64,000 nt of DNA, from positions 1,722 through 65,721 of the forward strand of contig JAGFWP010000030.1 in NCBI GenBank assembly GCA_017639935.1, given 5' to 3'. The notes below the pieces were generated by a model. That model made no database searches. It was not told where the DNA came from and saw only the letters and a program-made list of their open reading frames with translations. Positions 9,380-19,858 of this stretch are shown in pieces. How positions within the stretch are numbered: position 1 is the first letter of the stretch; every line of letters starts with the position of its first letter. This DNA comes from Pelagibacteraceae bacterium (GTDB lineage: Bacteria > Pseudomonadota > Alphaproteobacteria > HIMB59 > GCA-002718135). Position numbers and translations under genes: made by a program.

Positions 9380-9915
9380 AACCGGAATTACAAAAAAAGA
9401 TCAACATAAGTGTTGACCTTCTATCATCAATTAACAAGGTTGATTTAGCAGACATATGTAACATTACCGAACAAGCAATAAAAGCTGGGGGAGGTTTCGG
9501 CTGGCTAAAGGCTCCACCAAGAGATATTTTAAACAAATATTGGAAAGGCATTCTTCTTGTTAAAAATAGAAAACTTATTGTTGGAAGATTAAACAATGGT
9601 ATTGCAGGAACCCTACAACTAATATTTAATCTTTCTAATAATGAAGCTCAACAACATATATGTAATATTACTTCTCATTTTGTTGCGCCATGGGCCAGGG
9701 GGCACGGTCTTGCCAAAGCGATGATAGACAAAGCGGAAGAAATTAGCAAAGAAAGCGGCTCTAGTTATGTTCAGTTAGATGTGCGCGAAACCCAAAAAGC
9801 AGCGATTCAACTTATTAAATCTAAAGACTACAAACGGTGGGGAATTAATCCCAATTATGCCATTGTAGATGGAAATAATATAAAAGGCTTTTATTTTTCA
9901 AAAAAAATTAAGTGA
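9376..9915 (+). CDS. GNAT family N-acetyltransferase inserted in the his operon
   Basis: The acetyl-CoA binding region reads VAPWARGHGLAKAMIDKAEEISKESG. It overlaps both hisH (ATGA) and hisA (GTGA) by 4 nt. Confidence 0.7.
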   Translation: MKPELQKKINISVDLLSSINKVDLADICNITEQAIKAGGGFGWLKAPPRDILNKYWKGILLVKNRKLIVGRLNNGIAGTLQLIFNLSNNEAQQHICNITSHFVAPWARGHGLAKAMIDKAEEISKESGSSYVQLDVRETQKAAIQLIKSKDYKRWGINPNYAIVDGNNIKGFYFSKKIK

Positions 9916-10649
9916 AACTTATTCCCGCAATAGATCTTAAGGATAACAAATGTGTCCGATTAACCCAAGGTAAAGAAGAGACATTTAAAGTTTATAATGA
10001 AAATCCAGTCGAGCAAGCAAAATTTTTTGAAAAAGAGGGTTGTGAAAGAATTCATATTATTGATCTTGATTCGGCGTTTAATCGTTCTACAGTTAATAAT
10101 GACACTATAATTAATATCAGAAAGTCTGTAAAAACACCCATTGAGCTTGGCGGAGGAATAAGAAGCAGGAACGATGCCTTTTTTTGGTTTAATAACAATA
10201 TTGATTACTTGATAATAGGATCATTAGCCATAAGAAATAGCAAGCTTGTTTTGGAAATTGCAAAGGAGTTTGAAAATAAAATTTATATTTCTTTGGACAT
10301 ACTTAATAATAAAATAATGATTAAGGGTTGGACTGAAGAAACCCGATCAAACTTATTTAATATTTTTAAGACTTATAACAAAAGCAAGATCCGAGGATAT
10401 GTATTAACAGATATTTTTAGAGATGGAATGATGCAAGGATTAAACTTTGAACTCATAAACAAAAATTTATCACAAACTTCAAAATCAATGGTTTTTGGAG
10501 GAGGTCTTTCAAATTACAATGATTTAAAAATTTTAAAAAATATGAACTCTAGATTCAAAAACATTGAAGGAGTTATTGCGGGCAAATCTTTTTATTCCGG
10601 CGCAATTGAAATAAAAAAAAGCATAAATATTCTTAACTCTAATGCTTAA
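9912..10649 (+). CDS. hisA: ProFAR isomerase
   Basis: The N-terminus [19 protein letters not shown] and the GGGIRS motif are present. The start is GTG. Confidence 0.93.
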   Translation: MKLIPAIDLKDNKCVRLTQGKEETFKVYNENPVEQAKFFEKEGCERIHIIDLDSAFNRSTVNNDTIINIRKSVKTPIELGGGIRSRNDAFFWFNNNIDYLIIGSLAIRNSKLVLEIAKEFENKIYISLDILNNKIMIKGWTEETRSNLFNIFKTYNKSKIRGYVLTDIFRDGMMQGLNFELINKNLSQTSKSMVFGGGLSNYNDLKILKNMNSRFKNIEGVIAGKSFYSGAIEIKKSINILNSNA

Positions 10650-11397
10650 AACAAGAATAATACCATGTCTGGATGTTAAAGATGGAAGGGTCGTTAAGGG
10701 TATTAATTTTTTAAATTTAATTGATGCAGGCGACCCTGTTGAACAAGCGAATTATTATTCTAACAATGGTGCTGATGAGATATGTTTTTTAGATATTAGC
10801 GCGTCTATTGAGAACAGATCAACGATGGTTGATATTGTAAAAAAAACCTCTGAGAAAGTATTTATTCCTCTTACTGTTGGCGGAGGAATAAAATCTTTGA
10901 AAAATATAAGAGAGCTACTTAAAGCAGGCGCTGACAAAATTTCTATCAACACAGCTGGAATTATAAATGAAAAATTAATTTATGACTCAGCACAACAATT
11001 TGGCAGCCAATGCATAGTTGCTGCAGTTGATGCAAAAAAACAAAATAACAGTTGGACAGTTTTCTCACACGGAGGAACAAAAGATACCGGAATTAAAGCA
11101 TTAAATTGGATTGAAAAATTACAAAAACTTGGTGCAGGAGAAATTCTTCTTACCTCTATGGACAAAGACGGAACAAAAACCGGTTTTGATTTAGAGCTTT
11201 TAAAAAAAGCCACAAACATTCTTGACATCCCCCTTATAGCTAGTGGAGGGGTGGGAAATTTAAAACACTTTAGAGATGGCGTTGCTATTGGTGGGGCAAA
11301 CGCTCTATTAGCCGCCTCAGTTTTTCATTTTGCCGAACTTAGTATATTAGAGGTTAAGGAATATTTAAGAAAAGAAAATATAGAAGTTAGGCTTTAA
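10642..11397 (+). CDS. hisF: imidazole glycerol phosphate synthase, cyclase subunit
   Basis: The motifs [22 protein letters not shown] and ASGGVG are present. Confidence 0.96.
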   Translation: MLKTRIIPCLDVKDGRVVKGINFLNLIDAGDPVEQANYYSNNGADEICFLDISASIENRSTMVDIVKKTSEKVFIPLTVGGGIKSLKNIRELLKAGADKISINTAGIINEKLIYDSAQQFGSQCIVAAVDAKKQNNSWTVFSHGGTKDTGIKALNWIEKLQKLGAGEILLTSMDKDGTKTGFDLELLKKATNILDIPLIASGGVGNLKHFRDGVAIGGANALLAASVFHFAELSILEVKEYLRKENIEVRL

Positions 11398-11398
11398 G

Positions 11399-11704
11399 AT
11401 GAAAAAACAAGACAATTTAGGTTTTATTGAAGAATTGTATTCTACTATTAGAAGCCGAGCCAGGTCTAAGAAAAAGAATTCCTACACAAATCTATTATTG
11501 AAAAAAGGAAAAAACAAAATTGCTCAAAAAATAGGCGAAGAGTCAATAGAACTTATCATAGACTATCTTAATGGATCAAAAAAAAGAACAGTCGAGGAAG
11601 CCTCTGATCTGATTTATCATTTACTAGTTTTGCTTTACTCAAAAAAAATATCAATTAAGGACATAAAAAAAGAACTAACCAAAAGAAAAAATGTACGACG
11701 ATAA
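11399..11704 (+). CDS. hisE: phosphoribosyl-ATP pyrophosphatase
   Basis: Its size of 101 aa, the GEESIELI...EEASDLIYHLLVLL pattern and its position after hisF all fit hisE. Confidence 0.85.
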   Translation: MKKQDNLGFIEELYSTIRSRARSKKKNSYTNLLLKKGKNKIAQKIGEESIELIIDYLNGSKKRTVEEASDLIYHLLVLLYSKKISIKDIKKELTKRKNVRR

Positions 11705-12041
11705 TAATATTTTTGCAAAAATTATTAGGAAAGAAATCCCCTGTAAACCAGTATATGAGGATGAAAAAGTTTTGTTTTTTAATGATGTTAACCCCAAGGC
11801 GACAATACATATTCTTGGGGTGCCAAAAAATTCAGTTATCAATCTTAGAGAATTTATTTCAAATACAGACAAAGATACTGTTAAGTATTTTTTTGACAAA
11901 ACATTAGAAGTAATAAAAAATTTCGACCTAGATAAGTCCGGGTATAGACTTATTACAAATGATGGAAAAAATGGCAACCAAGAAATTCCACACTTTCATA
12001 TTCATATTCTAGGAGGTGAAAACCTCGGAGGACTGAGGTGA
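11691..12041 (+). CDS. HIT family (HinT-like) nucleotide hydrolase
   Basis: The histidine triad HFHIHILGG and the N-terminal IFAKIIRKEIP are present. Confidence 0.9.
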   Translation: MYDDNNIFAKIIRKEIPCKPVYEDEKVLFFNDVNPKATIHILGVPKNSVINLREFISNTDKDTVKYFFDKTLEVIKNFDLDKSGYRLITNDGKNGNQEIPHFHIHILGGENLGGLR

Positions 12042-12042
12042 A

Positions 12043-12624
12043 TTATTCTTTTATAACAACGTAGTTTACTACCTCATTAACACCCTTAACGCCTTTAATT
12101 ATATTAACCAAGGTTTCCAATTGTTCCGGCCTACTTGTTATGCCAGCTAAATAAACTTTTCCTCTAATGGTTTCAACATTATAACTTATGGAACGCAGAC
12201 CAATATCTCTAACTGCTAAAGCCTTGATCTGGGTAGTGATCCAGACATCATTTGCATATTCCTTAATTGATGTTTTCTCACCTATCTCAATTTCGTTTAT
12301 AACTTCTTTAACGCCATCAACTTCCCAAACAATTTTTACTGCTTCAATTCTTTTTTCTTGATTTTCTACAATGCCTGTCAGAAGAACTATGCCCTCAATG
12401 ACGCTTGTGTCAATATCTCTAAATAGATTATTTTCAGAGGTTAATAACTTTCTTGATATATTTAATTTTATAGTTGCATCATCAACAGCAGTCCCAAGAG
12501 ATTTATCTCCTTCAGCAACTACCATAGTTGTTGCACCGCCACTCGCAAGAACACCGGCCGGTGAACAGCCATAAACAATAGACAAAAAAACTAATCCAAT
12601 AACCAATATTATTGATCTAATCAT
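12043..12624 (-). CDS. BON-domain lipoprotein (DolP/YraP-like)
   Basis: The lipoprotein signal is LVFLSIVYGC. Two BON-like repeats end in ...GIVLLTGIVEN and ...GKVYLAGITS. It overlaps the rsmI stop by 8 nt. Confidence 0.75.
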   Translation of the reverse strand: MIRSIILVIGLVFLSIVYGCSPAGVLASGGATTMVVAEGDKSLGTAVDDATIKLNISRKLLTSENNLFRDIDTSVIEGIVLLTGIVENQEKRIEAVKIVWEVDGVKEVINEIEIGEKTSIKEYANDVWITTQIKALAVRDIGLRSISYNVETIRGKVYLAGITSRPEQLETLVNIIKGVKGVNEVVNYVVIKE

Positions 12625-13459
12625 TTTTAAGTTCTATCGCCATTTTATAAATATCTTTTTTAGAAATATTTGATAATTTATGCACTATTTCAACTGTTTC
12701 CGTCAAAGTAAATTTTTTTAATATTTTCAGTGCTTGCTTCCTGATTTTATCCTCAATTGTTATTTTTAACGCTTTTTTGTTATTTCCTATAATCAACGTA
12801 AACTCACCTTTTAAATTGATTTCCTTGTTAGTTATTTTATCGATCATCTTTTTTATAGTGCCTCTAAAAACAGATTCATTTATTTTTGTAAGTTCTTTAC
12901 ATATAGCCACTTCAATATTTTTAGAATTCATATGTACAAGTTCTAAAAAATTTTTCAGCCTTCTCCCAGAAATAAAAAAAATACTAGTGAAATTTAATTC
13001 AATAATTCTTTTAGCTATGGTTTTTGCTGAATTGTTGTTTTTTGGAACAAAACCAAAAAAAACAAAACTATTTACATTTAGCCCAGAGAGTTGAAGACTA
13101 GAAATTATAGATGATGGACCGGGGATACTCGTAACAAAAATATTTCTGTTAATAAAGTTTTTTACTAATTTGTATCCAGGATCAGATATTAAAGGAGATC
13201 CAGCATCAGAAATCAAAGCAAATAATGAATCTTTTTGATATTTTTCTAATTTTTTTATTAATGTCTCTTCATTATAATCATGTAAAGAAAAAAGCTTCTT
13301 TTTAATGTCTAATTTATTTAGTAGTTTAAGAGAATGTTTTGGATTTTCGCATATGATTGCGCTAGCTTTTTGTAAAACTTTTTTTGCTCTAAGACTGATG
13401 TCTTCAAGATTGCCTATGGGGGTTGATATTATGTATAAACCACCCTTAAGATTATTCAT
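12617..13459 (-). CDS. rsmI: 16S rRNA (cytidine1402-2'-O)-methyltransferase
   Basis: The N-terminus reads GGLYIISTPIGNLEDISLRAKKVL, and ISDAGSPLISDPG is present. ATG at 13459 is preferred; ATG at 13480 is also possible. Confidence 0.88.
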   Translation of the reverse strand: MNNLKGGLYIISTPIGNLEDISLRAKKVLQKASAIICENPKHSLKLLNKLDIKKKLFSLHDYNEETLIKKLEKYQKDSLFALISDAGSPLISDPGYKLVKNFINRNIFVTSIPGPSSIISSLQLSGLNVNSFVFFGFVPKNNNSAKTIAKRIIELNFTSIFFISGRRLKNFLELVHMNSKNIEVAICKELTKINESVFRGTIKKMIDKITNKEINLKGEFTLIIGNNKKALKITIEDKIRKQALKILKKFTLTETVEIVHKLSNISKKDIYKMAIELKND

Positions 13460-14729
13460 TATATTTATACTTACAATCATAATGTCTTGTACGCCACAAA
13501 ATTATCCTGAAAAAAACAAAGCTCCTGTTTCAAATGTTGTTAATGATAGTGAAACAGTTATCAATAATGGCAACAGCGTTGATACTATTTATAAAAATAC
13601 AACTCCACAGTATGTAGAAAACCTTAATTTCGCTAAAAGTAAAATATTAAGTGAAATAGAAATACTGCTGCCTGAGATTGATAACCAAAATATAACAAGG
13701 GATTTTGTCAACGCTTTTGAACTAACCGTATATAAAAAAAATGCGAAAAATATTCAACTTAATATAAATACTTATAAAGACAAAACAGAGTTAAATAATA
13801 TTATTTTACAAAAAGCCTCGCCTGGAAAAATATTTATCGGTCCTCTTACATCTGCAGACACTGAAAATATTATTACAGAGTGTCCCAAGGGTGTTTTGTT
13901 TTTTTCATTCGCTTCAGATAGAAAACAAGCTGGTAAATGCGTATATCTAATTAATTTTTTTCCCGAAGACGATCTATTAACTTTGTTTAGTAATTTTAAG
14001 ACTGATTCAAAAATTGCTCTTTTGTATCCTGAAAACAACTATGGGCGTTACATAAATTCAATTATTGATTCTTTTGCGGCAAAAAGTAATTCTATAATCA
14101 TTAATAGGGCTTCTTATAAAGAAGACCTTAGCAATGCAAGAGAAGCAATTAAAGAGCTTAGTAAATACGAACTAAGAAAATACGAACTCGAAAGGCAAAA
14201 AAAAATCCTGAAAGAAAAAAATGATGAAGCATCAAAAAAAGCTTTAAAAAAAATTGAAAAATTTGAAACGATCGGGGGATTAGACTTTTCCCACCTTATA
14301 TTGCCAGATTATGGCATACGTCTCTTACAAATTGCCCCCCTGCTTCCATTCTATGATATTGATCCACAGAAAGTTCAATTTGTTGGTACGGGCGTTTGGG
14401 ATAATGAGGCTTTTTTTAGCGAGCCTTCATTACAAGGATCTATATTTTCAGGAGTTCCTCAAAGCGAAAGAAGACAATACTTTAATGATTATTATTTAAA
14501 ATATAGAAAAAACCCAACAAGGACAATAACAATCCCGTATGATTTAGTAGGCATTCTTGAATATGTTATTAATAACAAATTAAATTTGAAAGAAACCCAT
14601 CATTTATTAAATGATAAATCAATATCATTTGATGGGATAGATGGAAAGTTTTCTTTTAAAAAAAACATAATTTCAAGAAAGCTTAATGTTTTAAAAATAT
14701 CAAATGGTAAGGCAAATCTAGTTAATTGA
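13431..14729 (+). CDS. LpoA/LppC-family lipoprotein (periplasmic-binding-protein type 1 fold)
   Basis: ATG at 13431 gives a lipoprotein signal, MYKPPLRLFIIFILTIIMSC. The body looks like a type 1 PBP (IALLYPENNYGRYI...). It is divergent from rsmI, as yraM/lpoA is in other proteobacteria. The ORF-track start at 13305 is rejected. Confidence 0.6.
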   Translation: MYKPPLRLFIIFILTIIMSCTPQNYPEKNKAPVSNVVNDSETVINNGNSVDTIYKNTTPQYVENLNFAKSKILSEIEILLPEIDNQNITRDFVNAFELTVYKKNAKNIQLNINTYKDKTELNNIILQKASPGKIFIGPLTSADTENIITECPKGVLFFSFASDRKQAGKCVYLINFFPEDDLLTLFSNFKTDSKIALLYPENNYGRYINSIIDSFAAKSNSIIINRASYKEDLSNAREAIKELSKYELRKYELERQKKILKEKNDEASKKALKKIEKFETIGGLDFSHLILPDYGIRLLQIAPLLPFYDIDPQKVQFVGTGVWDNEAFFSEPSLQGSIFSGVPQSERRQYFNDYYLKYRKNPTRTITIPYDLVGILEYVINNKLNLKETHHLLNDKSISFDGIDGKFSFKKNIISRKLNVLKISNGKANLVN

Positions 14730-15305
14730 TTTTATTAAAAATTTTTTTAATTCATTAATTGCACGCGAACGATGACTAATTTTATTTTTTTCTTCTATTG
14801 ACATTTCACCAAAAGTTTTTTCACTGCCCTTTGGGATAAAAATAGGATCATAGTGAAAGCCATATTTTCCTCGCGGCTCAGATGATATTTTTCCACGAAC
14901 AACACCTTTAAAAAAAATTGTTTCATTATTAAAGGTTAAAGATATTGAAGTTTGAAAATAGGCGTGAAAATTTGAAAGTTCTTTAGCTTTATTAATAATA
15001 GTTATAAAAGTTTTATTATGATCATCATTATTTTTTAGGAATCTTTTAGATTTAATTCCAGGAAAACCATCTAAAGCGCTGATACAAATTCCTGAGTCAT
15101 CAGCAAAACAAGGTAATTTTATTTTTTTATATCCATAACTTGATTTAATTTTTGCATTTTCTTCAAACGTAGAGCCAGTTTCATTTGGCTTTGATATGTT
15201 TGGGAAATTATGAAGAGTTAAAATATTGATCCCCGTTTCTTCAAATAATCTTTTTACTTCTTCTATTTTATTATCATTGTGTGAAAAAAAAATTATTTTT
15301 TTCAC
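14718..15305 (-). CDS. rdgB: dITP/XTP pyrophosphatase (RdgB/HAM1)
   Basis: The motifs FADDSGICISALDGFPGIKSKRF and GFHYDPIFIP are present. Confidence 0.9.
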   Translation of the reverse strand: MKKIIFFSHNDNKIEEVKRLFEETGINILTLHNFPNISKPNETGSTFEENAKIKSSYGYKKIKLPCFADDSGICISALDGFPGIKSKRFLKNNDDHNKTFITIINKAKELSNFHAYFQTSISLTFNNETIFFKGVVRGKISSEPRGKYGFHYDPIFIPKGSEKTFGEMSIEEKNKISHRSRAINELKKFLIKSIN

Positions 15306-15307
15306 TA

Positions 15308-16021
15308 TTATGATAAAAAAACTTCTTTTTGTTTTTGAATTATTTCGGGAACGCTCTTTTTTGCAAGATTAAAAATCAATTGAAATTGTTTATCGCTAAA
15401 AAAATATTCTTCACCCGTAACTTGTATTTCAGCAATTTTACCACTTTCACAAATAATAAAATTAGCATCAACTTGTGCTAAAGAATCTTCGTTATAGTCT
15501 AAATCTAAGTTAGGTTGATCTGCAATTATACCTGCAGAAACTGCTGCAACAAACTCTTTAACAATGGGTTTTTGAATATTGTATTCTTTTTGTAATAATA
15601 AAACCGCTTGATACAAAGCTACAAAACCACCACTAATCGACGCAGTTCTTGTGCCACCATCAGCCTGTATTACGTCACAGTCAATTTTAATTTGTCTCTC
15701 ACCAAGATTCTCTAAATTAATAACTGACCTTAAACTCCTTCCTATGAGTCTTTGTATTTCTTGAGTTCTTCCAGATTGCTTTCCTTTAGTTGCTTCTCTG
15801 TCAACACGGGTATTAGTAGAGCGGGGAAGCATGCCATACTCAGCAGTTACCCACCCCTTGCCTGAATTTTTTAACCAATGTGGTGTTTTTTCATCAATGG
15901 AGGCTGTACACAAAACATGGGTGTTGCCGAATTTTACCAAACAAGATCCTTCTGCATGGATATTGACTCCAATTTTAAAAGAAATAGGCCTTAGCTCTTG
16001 AAATGTTCTATTTTGTCTCAA
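15308..16021 (-). CDS. rph: ribonuclease PH
   Basis: The motifs AEGSCLVKFGNTHVLCTAS and DCDVIQADGGTRTASISGG are present. Confidence 0.95.
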   Translation of the reverse strand: MRQNRTFQELRPISFKIGVNIHAEGSCLVKFGNTHVLCTASIDEKTPHWLKNSGKGWVTAEYGMLPRSTNTRVDREATKGKQSGRTQEIQRLIGRSLRSVINLENLGERQIKIDCDVIQADGGTRTASISGGFVALYQAVLLLQKEYNIQKPIVKEFVAAVSAGIIADQPNLDLDYNEDSLAQVDANFIICESGKIAEIQVTGEEYFFSDKQFQLIFNLAKKSVPEIIQKQKEVFLS

Positions 16022-16084
16022 AATTCGCTCTTCTTATTTAATTAATAAATTAATATTATATTGTTTTGATGTAGAATAAAGAAA

Positions 16085-17131
16085 ATGTCTAATAACTTAT
16101 ATTTAGAGTTAAGTGAGAGATCAAAAAAAATATTGAAGGGCGTTGTGGAGTCCTTTTTGGAGACAGGGGAGCCAGTCGGATCTAAGACAATTTTAAAAAG
16201 AGTAGGAATTGATATTTCTTCTGCCTATGTTCGGTCAATATTAGCTAATTTACAGAAAGAAGGCCTTTTATACGCCCCTCATATTTCTGCAGGAAGGCTT
16301 CCAACAGACAAAGGTATGAGGTTTTTTGTAGATGGTTTATTAGAATTTGGAAGATTGACGAAAAATGAACAAGAAAATATAAAAAACCAATGCAAGTCGC
16401 GCGGATCATCTTTTCAAGAAGTGCTTGACGAAGCATCTAAAACAATCTCTGGCCTCTCAAATTGTGCGGGTATTGTTGTGGCACCAAAATTTCAGAACAA
16501 AATTAAGCACATAGAATTTATTAGACTTAGCACAAATCAAGTAATGTCAATAATTGCAAGTGAAAATGGTCTTGTTGAAAATAGAATTTTAAATACCAAG
16601 AACAACTACAACGACAATATATTAAAACAAGTTTCAAATTATCTTAATTCTAAATTCTCGGGGAAAACAATTGATGAAATAAAAGAAAATATTCAAGAAA
16701 AAATAAGAAATTCAAAATCTGAATTGGATGCATTGTCTTCTAAATTAATACAAGAAGGAATAGTTGAAATTGCACCTAATAATGAATCCCCATACATTTT
16801 TCTTCATGGTCAATCAAGTTTACTCGGAGATGAAATTGTTTCCAAAGATCTTGATCAAATAAGAAATCTTTTTGATGATATTGAAAACAAATCTAATTTT
16901 CTTGACATTTTAGATAATACTAGCAAGAGTCAAGGCGTTCAGATTTTTATAGGATCACAAAATTTTTTATTTAAACACTCTGGACTTTCTATGGTAATGG
17001 CCCCATATAAGAATAAAGATCAAAAAATTATTGGCGCAATTGGCGTTGTTGGACCTACCAGACTCAATTATGCAAAAATTGTTCCATTGGTCGATTACAC
17101 GTCAAAAGTTATTGGAAGGGTGTTGATTTAA
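16085..17131 (+). CDS. hrcA: heat-inducible transcription repressor HrcA
   Basis: The N-terminal winged-helix region reads LKGVVESFLETGEPVGSKTI. Its size and its position before grpE also fit. Confidence 0.92.
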   Translation: MSNNLYLELSERSKKILKGVVESFLETGEPVGSKTILKRVGIDISSAYVRSILANLQKEGLLYAPHISAGRLPTDKGMRFFVDGLLEFGRLTKNEQENIKNQCKSRGSSFQEVLDEASKTISGLSNCAGIVVAPKFQNKIKHIEFIRLSTNQVMSIIASENGLVENRILNTKNNYNDNILKQVSNYLNSKFSGKTIDEIKENIQEKIRNSKSELDALSSKLIQEGIVEIAPNNESPYIFLHGQSSLLGDEIVSKDLDQIRNLFDDIENKSNFLDILDNTSKSQGVQIFIGSQNFLFKHSGLSMVMAPYKNKDQKIIGAIGVVGPTRLNYAKIVPLVDYTSKVIGRVLI

Positions 17132-17805
17132 TGAACAAAACGAATAATGAATCAAAAAATGCCGGCAATCAAGACCAAGACTATGACAAACATTCTTCAA
17201 AAATAATAAAAAACAATCCTAATGAAGAAGATATGAAGAAAACAAAACGAGTGAAAAAGAAAAGCGTTTTTGATTCTATAGAAAAAACTAGCCAAGTAAA
17301 AAATATTAATGATGACATCTCCAAGCTGAATGAAGAAATAGAAAATTTAAAAGAAGAAAAATTAAGAACATTAGCTGAAATGGAAAATCTGAGAAAAAGA
17401 TTTGAAAAGGATAAAATAGATTCAATCAGATACGGCAACCACAACCTTGCAAGAGATATGCTTACTCTGGGTGATAATTTATCAAGGGCTCTAGACGCTA
17501 TTTCATCAGAAGAGAATAGATCCGAATCTTTTAATAATCTTATTGATGGATTAAAGATAGTTCAAAAGGAATTTGTGATGATTCTTGAAAAACACGGAGT
17601 GAAAAAAATAGAATCAATCAATAAGAAATTTGATCACAATTATCATCAAGCAATGTTAGAAATTGAAACAGATGAATTCAATGAAGGTTACGTTGTTCAA
17701 GAAATTCAAAGCGGTTTTACAATGCACGACAGATTGCTCCGTCCTTCTATGGTTGGCGTATCAAAAAAGCCAGAAAATAAGAAAAAAGAACCAAAAAAAG
17801 CCTGA
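17131..17805 (+). CDS. grpE: nucleotide exchange factor GrpE
   Basis: The motif LRTLAEMENLRKRFEKD and a C-terminal GrpE beta domain (GYVVQEIQSGFTMHDRLLRPSMVGVS) are present. Its start overlaps the hrcA stop by 1 nt (TAATG). Confidence 0.92.
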   Translation: MNKTNNESKNAGNQDQDYDKHSSKIIKNNPNEEDMKKTKRVKKKSVFDSIEKTSQVKNINDDISKLNEEIENLKEEKLRTLAEMENLRKRFEKDKIDSIRYGNHNLARDMLTLGDNLSRALDAISSEENRSESFNNLIDGLKIVQKEFVMILEKHGVKKIESINKKFDHNYHQAMLEIETDEFNEGYVVQEIQSGFTMHDRLLRPSMVGVSKKPENKKKEPKKA

Positions 17806-17827
17806 TTTTTTTTAATTTTTAGCCAGA

Positions 17828-17859
17828 TCCTTGTAATTTTAAACTTATCACCCATATTT
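17828..17859 (+). promoter_or_regulatory. sigma32 (RpoH)-type promoter of dnaKJ
   Basis: The sequence is CCTTGTAA (17829-17836), a 14-nt spacer, then CCCATATT (17851-17858). The consensus is CTTGAAA-N13-15-CCCCATNT. It lies about 46 nt upstream of the dnaK ATG. Confidence 0.6.
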
Positions 17860-17904
17860 ATTTATAATCATAAAAAAAATTAATATTAGGAAACGGGATT
17901 AATT

Positions 17905-19824
17905 ATGTCGAAAGTAATCGGTATTGACTTAGGAACAACCAATTCTTGTGTTGCGATAATGGAAGGAAAAGAGACAAAGGTTATTGAAAACTCTGAGGGA
18001 GGAAGAACAACACCATCAATGGTGGCCTTTACCGAATCAAAAGAAAAACTTGTTGGCCAAGCTGCTAAAAGACAAGCAGTTACAAATCCTGAAAATACCT
18101 TGTTTGCCATTAAACGATTGATCGGAAGGAACTTTGCAGACGATATAGTAAAAAAAGATAGCGGACTTGTTCCTTACAAGATTGTTAAGGGTGATAATAA
18201 TGGTGCCTGGGTAGAAGCCAGAGGAGAAAAATACAGCCCAAGTCAAATCAGTGCTTTTATTTTGCAAAAAATGAAAGAAACGGCTGAAAGTTATCTTGGA
18301 AATAAAGTCACCCAAGCTGTTATAACGGTACCGGCTTATTTTAATGACTCTCAAAGACAAGCAACAAAAGATGCTGGCAAAATCGCCGGCCTTGAAGTTC
18401 TCAGAATTATTAATGAACCAACTGCCGCAGCGCTTGCCTATGGCTTAGATAAGAAAAAGACCGGAACAGTCGCAGTCTATGATTTAGGAGGCGGTACATT
18501 TGATATTTCAATTTTAGAAATCGGAGACGGTGTATTCGAAGTTAAGTCGACAAATGGCGACACTCATCTAGGGGGCGAGGATTTTGACTTACAAATAATT
18601 AATTATTTAGCGGATGAATTTAAAAAAGATAACACAATTGATTTAAGGAATGATAAATTAGCTCTACAGCGTTTAAAAGAGGCTGCGGAAAAAGCAAAAA
18701 TTGAATTATCAAGTAGCACCGAAACAGAAGTAAACCTTCCTTTTATTACAGCTGATCAGTCTGGACCAAAACATTTAACAATAAAACTTTCAAGGGCTAA
18801 ATTAGAAGCTATTATTGGTGACTTAATAAACGATAGCATCAAACCCTGCGAAACCGCCCTTAAAGATGCCGGCTTAAAAGCATCAGATATTGATGATGTT
18901 TTGCTTGTTGGAGGCATGACTCGTATGCCAAAAGTCATTGAAGTTGTTAAAAACTTTTTTGGCAAGGAACCTAACAAAAGCGTTAATCCAGATGAAGTTG
19001 TTGCAACTGGAGCTGCAATACAGGGGGGAGTTCTCCAGGGGGATGTAAAAGACGTTTTGCTTCTAGACATAACACCTCTTTCTTTAGGAATTGAAACATT
19101 AGGAGGAGTCTTTACTCGTTTAATTGATAAAAATACTACAATTCCAACAAAAAAAAGCCAAATATTTTCAACTGCTGAAGATAATCAAAGCGCAGTAACA
19201 ATAAGAGTTTTTCAAGGTGAAAGAGAAATGGCCTCTGATAACAAATTGTTAGGCCAGTTTGATCTAGTGGGCATACCACCAGCTGCCAGAGGAATGCCTC
19301 AAATCGAAGTTACCTTTGATATAGATGCAAATGGCATCGTTAATGTCTCGGCAAAAGATAAAGCTACTGGAAAAGAACAACAAATACGCATCCAAGCATC
19401 TGGGGGGTTGTCTGAAAGCGATATAGAGAAAATGATTAAAGAAGCAGAAGAAAATGCTGAGGCAGATAAAAAGAAAAGAGAGTTAATTGACGCCAGAAAT
19501 CAAGCAGATGGATTAATTCATCAGACAGAGAAGAACGTAAAAGAGCATGGAGATAAAATACCTAAAGATGATAAAAAGAAGATAGAATCAGATTTAGAGG
19601 AATTAAAGAAAGTGAAAGACAGCGAAGATCTTGAAGCACTAAAATCAAAAACAGAACAATTAGTTCAGTCTTCCTTAAAACTTGGAGAGGCTATTTATAA
19701 ACAAAATCCGCAGGGCGAAGCCCCCCAACCTGATCCTTCAGGATCAGAGCCCTCTTCTGACAAAAAAGACGAAAAGGTTGTTGATGCTGATTTTGAAGAA
19801 GTTGATGAAGATAAAAAAAAATAA
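17905..19824 (+). CDS. dnaK: chaperone DnaK (Hsp70)
   Basis: [12 protein letters not shown] and [10 protein letters not shown] are present, and the 639 aa are Hsp70-like throughout. Confidence 0.99.
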   Translation: MSKVIGIDLGTTNSCVAIMEGKETKVIENSEGGRTTPSMVAFTESKEKLVGQAAKRQAVTNPENTLFAIKRLIGRNFADDIVKKDSGLVPYKIVKGDNNGAWVEARGEKYSPSQISAFILQKMKETAESYLGNKVTQAVITVPAYFNDSQRQATKDAGKIAGLEVLRIINEPTAAALAYGLDKKKTGTVAVYDLGGGTFDISILEIGDGVFEVKSTNGDTHLGGEDFDLQIINYLADEFKKDNTIDLRNDKLALQRLKEAAEKAKIELSSSTETEVNLPFITADQSGPKHLTIKLSRAKLEAIIGDLINDSIKPCETALKDAGLKASDIDDVLLVGGMTRMPKVIEVVKNFFGKEPNKSVNPDEVVATGAAIQGGVLQGDVKDVLLLDITPLSLGIETLGGVFTRLIDKNTTIPTKKSQIFSTAEDNQSAVTIRVFQGEREMASDNKLLGQFDLVGIPPAARGMPQIEVTFDIDANGIVNVSAKDKATGKEQQIRIQASGGLSESDIEKMIKEAEENAEADKKKRELIDARNQADGLIHQTEKNVKEHGDKIPKDDKKKIESDLEELKKVKDSEDLEALKSKTEQLVQSSLKLGEAIYKQNPQGEAPQPDPSGSEPSSDKKDEKVVDADFEEVDEDKKK

Positions 19825-19858
19825 CCCGTTATAAATTTTTTATCTAAGAGGGGTGTAA

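Noticed and set aside
13305-13430. ORF-track N-terminal extensions. These are 13305 for the LpoA-like gene, 48219 for the 4-TM gene, 47152 for mmuM, 54567 for add, 8074 for hslV, 45451 for hupE and 2169 for smr.
   Set aside because: The extensions overlap neighbouring genes or regulatory boxes and add non-homologous residues. Internal ATG or TTG codons give canonical N-termini (signal peptides, conserved first motifs), often with an SD-like sequence.
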